From NCBI GenBank assembly GCA_028284865.1, contig JANQQV010000012.1:8886-72885 (forward strand): a stretch of DNA of 64,000 bases. The letters run 5' to 3'. Below the pieces are notes generated by a model, which worked only from the letters and a program-made list of their open reading frames with translations, had not been told where the DNA came from and did no database searches. Positions 38,201 to 43,870 of the stretch are shown here, one piece after another. Position 1 is the stretch's first letter. Each line of letters opens with the position of its first letter. Origin of the DNA: Rhodothermales bacterium (GTDB lineage: Bacteria; Bacteroidota; Rhodothermia; Rhodothermales; UBA10348). Position numbers and translations under genes: made by a program.

Positions 38201-39396
38201 TAACCTGGTCTTCCCAAACCGGCGGAGTCGCCATTCAACCATTCACCGCGGTCAATGGCATTGGTGCCGTCCTCACGCCACAACAGGCGGGCATTCTTTC
38301 AGTAACGGTCAATGTGCGGCTGGGTACGACCAACCTGCAGACGACGGCCATCTTTGCAGCCGGTTCAGCAACGGTCTCCGATCTTCTGGTCACTGCTCCT
38401 GAAACCCGCCTCTCCAACAACGGCGGATCCATGGCGCTCAGGGTGGAAGGCGAATCTGACTCAGGCGAACGTGTCCTTCTCGGAGATGCTGTGCGCTGGC
38501 GTCTGATTCCAGACGGGATTGCCGAGATCGATACGGAAGGACGCCTTCGCACCACAGATGAACGGTTTATCGGTCCATTGACCGTGATCGCGCAGGACTC
38601 TGAATCCGGTCTCCAGGATTCTCTGCAAATCTCTCTATTTGCCCAGCTTGAAGGTGACCGGGATCGTTTGCTCACGGATCATTCCGGAACGGAGATACTC
38701 ATGCCGGCAGGTGCCATACCATTCCGGGCCCAACTTGGTCTTTCTTATCCGGGGCAGCCCGAACCCAAGCGATTCGGTTCGGCGCGCGATGGAGAGCCGG
38801 GCACAACAGCCGGTGAACACGTTGTCCGGTTCCTTTTGCAATCCGATCGATCATTGCGAGGCGACACCCTTGCGGCTCCTGCCCGGATATCCATGACGGG
38901 TGATGCTTCCCTGAACCTGTTTCAAGGAAATCAGGCGATCGGTTTCTATCTGGACGATGAAGCAGCTTGGTCAGCTCTTCCGTCAGAAACATCGGGAGAG
39001 CAGGTCGAATCCGGTCATGTATCCCGACTCGGAGACTACGCCGTCGTAGCAGAAGCGACCAGTCTGCAAATTCGACACCTGGCGGCACTTCCGACACCCT
39101 TCTCGCCTGACATCGCGCCGCTCAAGATCGGCTACTTCCTCGAGTCGCCAAATCCGCCTGCAACGGTCCGGGTCGATATCCTGACCGTCCGGGGTGAGCT
39201 TGTTCGCCGCCTCGTTCCCGAGCAGCAGCAGTGGCCGGGCCGATATGGTTCGCGGACCAGTCCGCTGGAGATTACCTGGGATGGCCTTACGGATGATGGG
39301 CGCCGGGCGCGAAACGGACGCTACCTGATCCGGGTGACCGCTCGTGACCGGTCGGGCTCGGTTGCACAAACCATTCCTGTGGTTCTGGTGAAATAG
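32275..39396 (+). CDS. giant (2373 aa) secreted surface protein with signal peptide, FN3-like modules, about 16 tandem carboxypeptidase-regulatory-like domains, an Ig-like region and a FlgD-Ig-like C-terminal sorting domain
   Basis: ORF 32263 (TTG) trimmed to the ATG at 32275. The signal peptide ends VAMGQN. Two W-x-x-V-P-G-x-x-x-Y modules are present (FRWESVPGVTAYALVV and LEWDAVPGALSYDVVL). The repeating unit is G-x-V-x-x-x-G-x-P-V-x-x-A-x-V...TD-x-x-G-x-(Y/F)...G-x-Y-x-(I/V)...GF. The C-terminus is PTPFSPDIAPLKIGYF...ITWDGLTDDGRRARNGRYLIRV...VVLVK. Confidence 0.85.
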   Translation: MRLSSSAHIARWSRQLVLLAFVSFLLGFWSKVAMGQNITLQPPEVEREGVVRTSVLFGSSDVVTLRWEEATQGLTFRVGLEPGEYGFTSFTMRGTTRSQFAPEVVGLPPGVYYGILTNSAERTFTEIQIDASTDPDIRYSREIRFAVETEQTPRILAPQNTISEQVPTFRWESVPGVTAYALVVSSTPFTVTSRSAQLSEVNGLAPTWVHFTTETSARYGEPSESNPLAQFAASSLVPGRIYYYAVFNAYSASDPAFLSVQAGGVSSFTLENRGALDTPFLTSPSEGQTVSAGQSVILEWDAVPGALSYDVVLFERLETADAISDLQVFASNTSNTSITLFAREVLRRGNYRWFVIANDREGAASVSETGSFRFDTPMGRFSAVTLSGSDGEQLIGAPIMVRSTDGGFSPINPFVEAFSSIVADSLSIGNYAFTASKDGFSDVTVSVEIRENELTQVALPLQPLPSRIIGQVVDGDGAPVVSADVQFEDIVSSEMFEATTDANGVFSRDLVAGTYEIQVTKAGFRPASPITVTVAENQTLVLPIAIIIIDDEVSVSGRVINQDGIAVPQARVLAVSGSLSLETVTDGSGQWNLELSEGSWEISTSKEGFLSSLPRSFSFRAGDVFSNINFVLVQQASRIEGTVQGHRTDADGSLDVFPLGDATVTAWPLAGEAVSTTTDSQGRFLLDLGTGAYRVSASAPGYDPNGTFDFVLDANETIRDVRFRLEEWTSTVFGSVIDGTGNRVDDALITTSGGGETTSVGGAFALPVPVGRQELRALHPDYVESDAVTVAPSANEQITGVQLMLFENAARLSGVAQTARGPVSGLTVVASQGPDVFETKTGPDGSYAFQLPSGLWEIAIVSDRYRLADPVVLPLRSGARAGGVTLSLVPDYVLMTGFISSGSRPLEGVRLAFEDLNESTGRPLTLTTQTAADGSYALIIGALTTYRLRIDSPGYETFFHTFTSPVADEEIGFDAALKPSISVLSGRVIRQGGGPVAGSVIEARIGSNTLFSSESAFDGSFSMSVEAGAYQLHTEAIGFESTSIPVQVAAGQQLEGLTISLQPSTGNLTVSVINPLGGVPVAGANLLMEGPTVRSASTDESGNASLSSLPPGSYQITVQAPGFQRITRTIPITARTTASERFILIPAQGVVSGSIRDAATGGGLTGATVRLTGVGVDRKVTTDDAGSYVFSAVPIGTYAIEAQRSGYGPAPSVAAQVTAATPGFTAADIRLTRADGRIEGTVTGASGIGLLSGVDVVARSTSGSISSRSRSDGTYSLTGLASGSWTVSAAIEGFRGSPVAVEVISGQTSSGNLVLNPNAGSLRGRIRAAGGSALPFDVSMEILTLQESDQTFSSAEGDFSFDGLPIGEPFILRSRMQREGYQDVERTVTIPATGQLDVGTISVQLKDATLIGNTGTGGATITLQDLVSGRSVAVVTASSTGSYELSNMTPGAYLVVPSHPGFQFTPANRTVVLQNGVDVEASFSATASVGIVQIAVRRSTGEGVPGIQVRVASLDRSIDELFTSDVNGLVLPSALPLGLRYRVEPVSIGFQFDPEATQIDLAASNQASISFVVREVNAFLSGTVRSTGGAPIADAQVVAFQSATVRYSTVSASDGSYQLGPMAGGNYAVSASRLGFVDASRNVTLASNQQLENVDLALAPQSVTIAGRVLRAGAPVPGLTVRLARPIAAEVVTDANGLYIFENVPVETGQTTVAEVAVDRSGRSALVRTLSYGATDVGSTLIVPDFVLSSGRIRITASDGVNPVPDLRLDVQGPEGRVLSIVTAEDGTATTEADLDTGEYLVTPVNSKRLLPPEAIRRVSIPNPDADVSATLVLPYQHVAPEFVRSDEPLRLVVTFPDGQFDTTLGFFVEFTLNGDDPVNQPLSLVNGELVATLPAPGELEITYRIVAHSTGGGLAYQTSVFRYTPIVAGRLQNLVLQPDPHNTQLRTGSSYTVQLQIRDGLGEDLTAAVLQSGSVTWSSQTGGVAIQPFTAVNGIGAVLTPQQAGILSVTVNVRLGTTNLQTTAIFAAGSATVSDLLVTAPETRLSNNGGSMALRVEGESDSGERVLLGDAVRWRLIPDGIAEIDTEGRLRTTDERFIGPLTVIAQDSESGLQDSLQISLFAQLEGDRDRLLTDHSGTEILMPAGAIPFRAQLGLSYPGQPEPKRFGSARDGEPGTTAGEHVVRFLLQSDRSLRGDTLAAPARISMTGDASLNLFQGNQAIGFYLDDEAAWSALPSETSGEQVESGHVSRLGDYAVVAEATSLQIRHLAALPTPFSPDIAPLKIGYFLESPNPPATVRVDILTVRGELVRRLVPEQQQWPGRYGSRTSPLEITWDGLTDDGRRARNGRYLIRVTARDRSGSVAQTIPVVLVK
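33400..37700 (+). repeat. protein-level array of about 16 carboxypeptidase-regulatory-like (PEGA-like) domains inside the giant gene (approximate bounds)
   Basis: Examples are IIGQVVDGDGAPVVSADVQF..TDANGVFS..GTYEIQVTKAGF, VSGSIRDAATGGGLTGATVRL..TDDAGSYVF..GTYAIEAQRSGY and LSGTVRSTGGAPIADAQVVA..ASDGSYQL..GNYAVSASRLGF. The units have diverged, and I saw no long identical DNA repeats. Confidence 0.7.
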
Positions 39397-39399
39397 GAT

Positions 39400-40422
39400 A
39401 TGACCCGGTTTTTCCGACATATCGCCCATTGCCTGCATCGCAGAGAGATTCTGCGGACGCTTGCCATCTTTGCGGTCACGGCCGTGGTATTCGCTCCCGC
39501 TTCCCGTGCGCAGGATCTATCAAGCATTCCGGCGGCGTTCGTTGATGTGGGAATCGGGGCCCGGTCCGCAGCAATGGGATACACCGGAGTCGCTTCCGAG
39601 CGTGGTGCATCAGCCATGGCATGGAATCCGGCATCCCTCGCTTCAGATCTGGGCACAGAAATCGCATTCTCGTATGTGGATCAGGCCGAGATGGTTGAAT
39701 TCGCCCATGTTTCCTGGGTGATGCCGCTTCGGGAAGGCCGCTCTGCCTGGGGACTTTCGGCATTCGTTTCCGGAGATGACATGCTTCGCGAGGCAACCAT
39801 GGAAGTGGCCTACAGTCACCGACTGCGGTTCATCTGGCTCGGGACAAAGGTTGGTTATCGACTGGCTGAGTTCGGCAAGAACGCCCTTTCTGGTGGTGAC
39901 TACGTGGTGTTTGATCCGGACGAGGTCGCCACGGGACTGGACCGGCAGGTCAACGGGAAAGCGCAGGGACTGCTGGTGGATCTGGGCATGCGGCTCGAGC
40001 TGACGCACCGGCTGGACCTGGGTGTGGTAGCCCGTAACGTGGCCGCGCCCGTGGAGTGGACTTCCCGCAGTCTGGCCCGGCCCGGTGAGCAATCCTATAT
40101 CGAATCCATCCCGTTTGAACTCTCCACGGGCGCGGCTTACCAGTTGAGTGAGCAGCTGGGCGGCTACCTCGAATGGACGCCATCCCTGGGCGGAGATGCC
40201 ATTGCCCGCTATGGAATGGGGCTGTCGTACGACCCCATGGATGTCATCACGCTTCGCATGGGCCGGTTGTTGACCATGGATCGCAGGCGGGATGAATGGA
40301 AGACGTTGGGTTTCGGGATCCGGACACCCGGTAACCTAACCTGGTCGATGGAAGCGGACTACGCGTTCATCATTTCTGATTTTGCCCGCACACAGCAAAT
40401 CTCTCTGAGGTTCGGACTGTGA
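39400..40422 (+). CDS. PorV/PorQ-family-like outer-membrane beta-barrel (B1)
   Basis: Its ATG is 3 nt after the giant gene stop. The signal peptide ends SRAQD. The motif is FVDVGIGARSAAMGYTGVASERGASAMAWNPASLA. The internal segment LLVDLGMRLELTHRLDLGVVARNV parallels A1 GLDLGFALKLRENLAVGLVADDL. Confidence 0.65.
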   Translation: MTRFFRHIAHCLHRREILRTLAIFAVTAVVFAPASRAQDLSSIPAAFVDVGIGARSAAMGYTGVASERGASAMAWNPASLASDLGTEIAFSYVDQAEMVEFAHVSWVMPLREGRSAWGLSAFVSGDDMLREATMEVAYSHRLRFIWLGTKVGYRLAEFGKNALSGGDYVVFDPDEVATGLDRQVNGKAQGLLVDLGMRLELTHRLDLGVVARNVAAPVEWTSRSLARPGEQSYIESIPFELSTGAAYQLSEQLGGYLEWTPSLGGDAIARYGMGLSYDPMDVITLRMGRLLTMDRRRDEWKTLGFGIRTPGNLTWSMEADYAFIISDFARTQQISLRFGL

Positions 40423-40508
40423 GGTGGCTGCATTCACATATCGGTTCGACGTTCGGTCGTGTTCAACAAGGCGCTATTGGTCCAGCCTCGGCCGGCAGTC
40501 GAGTCCGG

Positions 40509-42200
40509 ATGAGTGCCTTCATGCTTCTGGCCATACTTGCAGGATGGCTGACCTTCTCGCCCATGCGCGTGGAAGCGCAGACTTCGCAGGAGTTCACCAT
40601 CGATCGATTTGATGGGGGTCATCTCGGACTGGATTTCAGGCTGGGATCGAATCTCTTTGGTACTGGAATGGGAGATGGTTCATTTGGCCGAGTCCAGTCT
40701 GCCTACAGTCCTTTCGATGGGGGCTCGGTGTTCGGCAATCCCGCTCAACTATCCTTCCTGGACAAGCCACAGCTGGGTCTCGAATTCCGTTTCCCGATCT
40801 GGAATGGCTCCTGGGGGCTGGGTCCGCAATCCTTGCTTTCACGAAGCGATGTGCGGCAACGGACCGACGACGTCATGACAGACATGCTGTATCCGGCAGG
40901 TCCTCCTCCAGCCTACACGGATATATCCCGCCTGGGTGTGGGACAACCTCGGCAATTGTCTGCGTTCTGGCTGAGCTGGCCAGTAAACGAACACGTGACC
41001 ATTGGCGCAGGGTATCGCCAGCCGCTGCTTGCAACGGCTTCTGTGGATTGGGACGGGCTTTCGGTCAATATGACCGGAACCCAGTCCAGCGCTTCGGGCA
41101 GTACGCCCATTGATCTTCTGCTGGAGATGACCTTGAACGGTCGCTCCAACGTGACACTCAATGAGATCAGCATTGGTACCGGTGGACTCCTCGAACGCTA
41201 CTATTTCGGATCAGTGTGGTGGGGAATCACTTTCTTCCGGACGTATGCGTCCACCCGGCTGGATGTCACGGCCGAACCGCGCGGGTCCGTTGCCCTGGCC
41301 GGTTCGGAGCGTCACTTCTTCAATGATCCGACCGATGGGACACTTGACAGGGATGCAGGCGAATCCAACCAATTCTGGTGGCGCATGCAGGCCGGATATC
41401 AAGGTGGCGGAATGGGTGCGCGACTCGGATTTGTTCACCGGACGTACGGAGATCGATTCGGCAGTTCGTTCTTGCTGTCGATTCCCCCAAGACTGCGCTT
41501 GTGGGATCCAAAAGCATTTGCTGAGAGCCATGTACCCGTGTTTTTTGACATGGTGGGCTCATTGGACGCTATTGATGCGGACAATGTGGATTTGATCGAC
41601 ATCGATCAGGTCGACCTGGGCAGACCAACGCTGACACGACAGACCCGGGACTATCTCGGCCCTGATGTCTTGGTCCGGATGCCTACAACGTTGACGCTGG
41701 GTATGGATCTTCCACTTGGTCGCCACCGCGTTGTGATCAACGGCCTTCGCTACCTTGGACCGCTCAGCATTGAAGGGGACTATTCGCGTGAGAACGGCGA
41801 AGTCCAGTCATTCCGCGTTGGCGTCCAGCCGTCTTGGGGCGTCCGATTCGGACTCGATATCGTTGGTCGTCCTGAAGGTGGTTTGGGACCGCTGGGCATT
41901 CCGCTGCGCATCCTGACGCTCGACCTGGATGGTCTGGTCTTCCAGATGCTCGGGGACCGCGTGTCCTACGAAGATCCCCGATATCGGCTCGCTGCCGGTT
42001 TGTCGTGGGGTACACCGATTGCTGATGGAGCGGACGAATCGCTGGCCTCGTCACTCGATGGGCTCCTGACAGGCTCGGTACCGGTCGCGCTTACGCTGGG
42101 CCGGTCCTACTCGCTGAAGCAGCGCACGCACGTTGGCGTGCACGTCGCTGGGATTCCCGATTTCCTGATGCGATTCTCCATCGCTTGGGACGTGGACTGA
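40509..42200 (+). CDS. large predicted outer-membrane beta-barrel protein (B2), distantly PorV-like
   Basis: The ATG at 40509 gives the signal peptide MSAFMLLAILAGWLTFSPMRVEAQ. An alternative GTG at 40419 overlaps the B1 stop as GTGA. It contains a GSVFGNPAQLSFL motif and is Gly/aromatic-rich with an alternating strand pattern. Confidence 0.55.
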   Translation: MSAFMLLAILAGWLTFSPMRVEAQTSQEFTIDRFDGGHLGLDFRLGSNLFGTGMGDGSFGRVQSAYSPFDGGSVFGNPAQLSFLDKPQLGLEFRFPIWNGSWGLGPQSLLSRSDVRQRTDDVMTDMLYPAGPPPAYTDISRLGVGQPRQLSAFWLSWPVNEHVTIGAGYRQPLLATASVDWDGLSVNMTGTQSSASGSTPIDLLLEMTLNGRSNVTLNEISIGTGGLLERYYFGSVWWGITFFRTYASTRLDVTAEPRGSVALAGSERHFFNDPTDGTLDRDAGESNQFWWRMQAGYQGGGMGARLGFVHRTYGDRFGSSFLLSIPPRLRLWDPKAFAESHVPVFFDMVGSLDAIDADNVDLIDIDQVDLGRPTLTRQTRDYLGPDVLVRMPTTLTLGMDLPLGRHRVVINGLRYLGPLSIEGDYSRENGEVQSFRVGVQPSWGVRFGLDIVGRPEGGLGPLGIPLRILTLDLDGLVFQMLGDRVSYEDPRYRLAAGLSWGTPIADGADESLASSLDGLLTGSVPVALTLGRSYSLKQRTHVGVHVAGIPDFLMRFSIAWDVD

Positions 42201-42229
42201 CAAGCTCGGTCGGATCTGCCCCTTCCGAT

Positions 42230-42754
42230 CTACCTGATCATCCCGTTTCTCCCGAGAGCTTCGTCACCCCAGCGCTCACCCATCATATGGCACAGGGCCT
42301 CCAGAGCTGCTTGGTCATCGGTGTCAAAGGCATCCGCGTCATCGGAGTCGACATCAAGCACGGCAATAACCTCTCCTGATGGCGTCAGGACCGGGACAAC
42401 GATCTCCGAAACAGTCGACGAGGAACACGCAATGTGACCGGGAAAGGCGTTGACATCGGGGACCAACTGGGTCTTCCGCTGCAGCGCAGCAGCTCCGCAC
42501 ACTCCGCGGTCAAAAGGGATGTCAATACAACCGTGTCCACCCTGATAGGGGCCCACTTGAAGGTGTGCCGGTCGAACGGTCCTGTAAAATCCGGTCCAGT
42601 GGAAGTGCTCGAACTCATGATGCAGTTCGCAAACAACCGTAGCCATGGCTGCTGTCCAGTCACAGGGTTCAGACAGAAGCGCGTCAATGCGTCCAAAAAC
42701 AGCCTTGTAGCGCTCAGGGATGGTTTGAGCAGAGGTGATGCCAGGTGAAGTCAC
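42230..42754 (-). CDS. msrC: GAF-domain free methionine-(R)-sulfoxide reductase (MsrC/YebR family)
   Basis: ORF 42230..42964 trimmed to the GTG at 42754, because the extension translates as low-complexity R/S/P sequence. WTGFYR, VGPYQGGHGCIDIPFDRGVCGAAA, FPGHIACSSSTVSEIVVPV and GVLDVDS parallel E. coli YebR from memory. Confidence 0.75.
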   Translation of the reverse strand: MTSPGITSAQTIPERYKAVFGRIDALLSEPCDWTAAMATVVCELHHEFEHFHWTGFYRTVRPAHLQVGPYQGGHGCIDIPFDRGVCGAAALQRKTQLVPDVNAFPGHIACSSSTVSEIVVPVLTPSGEVIAVLDVDSDDADAFDTDDQAALEALCHMMGERWGDEALGRNGMIR

Positions 42755-42920
42755 GAATTCGGACCGGGTACTGGGTGGATTCTGTGAATGCCGTCGGTGT
42801 ACGGCCGATTTCCGTCCCGGATCCGTCGAGAGTGACCGCGAATTTGGGGTTTGTCGTCGTACTCTAATTGCGGAACGACGGGGGGCACCCCTTGGGTAAA
42901 CACGTGAATGATTGAGCAAC

Positions 42921-43268
42921 ATGTCCGGAATGAAAACGGTGATTGTCAGCGCAGAGGACACCATGGAATTGGTGAGCGAGGCGCTTCAGAAGCGGTATCC
43001 GTCGACGGTATTCGCGGTCCGTCTCGAAGACAAGGTGGAGCAGGAAGACGATATCTGTGGAGTCGACGTGATCTGGGTTGAAGGTCCAGCACGCGACCGG
43101 GTTGAAGACATGCTCGATCGCTTCCAAGGTGTCAACTGGGATCCGGCGACAGGTGAGCTCCAGTCCCGATCGCACTACGCAGTCACGCCGGACGGCGATA
43201 TCGTGCGTGTGCTCTACAACGTCGACTATATCTTTTGCGACGGCCCCATGTTGGCCGAGTCCTTCTAG
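42921..43268 (+). CDS. small acidic hypothetical protein
   Basis: The ORF begins at a TTG at 42912. The first ATG is at 42921 and another is at 42930. The VDVIWVEGPARDRVEDMLDRFQGVNWD segment gave no confident family. Confidence 0.5.
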   Translation: MSGMKTVIVSAEDTMELVSEALQKRYPSTVFAVRLEDKVEQEDDICGVDVIWVEGPARDRVEDMLDRFQGVNWDPATGELQSRSHYAVTPDGDIVRVLYNVDYIFCDGPMLAESF

Positions 43269-43310
43269 TCGAGCCCTCTTTCAGTCGAGCCCTCTTTCAG
43301 TCGAGCAGGC
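43268..43310. repeat. 2.7 x 16-nt tandem repeat GTCGAGCCCTCTTTCA at the junction of two convergent genes
   Basis: Read directly. There are two perfect units plus a partial third that forms the last codons and stop of the GNAT gene on the - strand. Confidence 0.85.
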
Positions 43311-43812
43311 ACTGCATGATGGTGACGTCGACCCAGTTACCGTCGACGAATCCGACCTCATTCTGCGTGCCCACGATCGTGAAGCCGAATTTGGCGTGCA
43401 TGGCGATCGATGACGCATTTGCCGCCCAGATGCGAACCAGAACGTGGTGAAATTCCGCCTGACGCGCCGCTTCCAACAGCGCTTCTTGCAATCGACTGCC
43501 GAGACCACGCCCGATCTCTGACCGACGAAGAAAAAGCGATGTCTCACAGGCCCGATTGTATCCCGGTCGATCCGAGTAGAACTTTACGATGCCCCAGCCC
43601 TGGACGCGAGCATCCTCTTCCAGGACCAAAAGGGACTCGCGGTCATCGAGCGTGGCTATCCGCTCGGCCATCTGGTCGATCGATACCGGCTCCAGAACCA
43701 TCGTGGCATCGCGCATGCGGATGGTCTCATTGTAGATGGAGGCCACCGCGGCTGCATCGGCTGGCTGTGCATCGCGGATGCTGATGGACGAGGATGATTC
43801 GGGCGAATGCAT
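43297..43812 (-). CDS. GNAT N-acetyltransferase, phosphinothricin/methionine-sulfoximine acetyltransferase-like
   Basis: IRDAQPADAAAVASIYNETI, RGLGSRLQEALLEAAR, VRIWAANASSIAMHAKFGF and GFVDGNWVDVTIMQ match the PAT-family pattern. Confidence 0.75.
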   Translation of the reverse strand: MHSPESSSSISIRDAQPADAAAVASIYNETIRMRDATMVLEPVSIDQMAERIATLDDRESLLVLEEDARVQGWGIVKFYSDRPGYNRACETSLFLRRSEIGRGLGSRLQEALLEAARQAEFHHVLVRIWAANASSIAMHAKFGFTIVGTQNEVGFVDGNWVDVTIMQCLLD

Positions 43813-43870
43813 GTCCGAATCTAGGGTCTCCGCCGCAATGGAGATAGGGGCGGGTCGGTCGGGTCAGGTC

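Noticed and set aside
32275-39396. Possibility that the repeat array is a diversity-generating retroelement target or a recent tandem expansion
   Set aside because: There is no reverse transcriptase gene in the window. I saw no template/variable repeat pair at nucleotide level, and the units are diverged rather than near-identical.
32539-39438. Numerous 60-180-aa ORFs on both strands inside the giant gene (for example 37218-37766 and 38235-38675)
   Set aside because: They are nested in or antisense to a single uninterrupted 7.1-kb frame with consistent domain periodicity. Their composition is typical of off-frame GC-rich translation.
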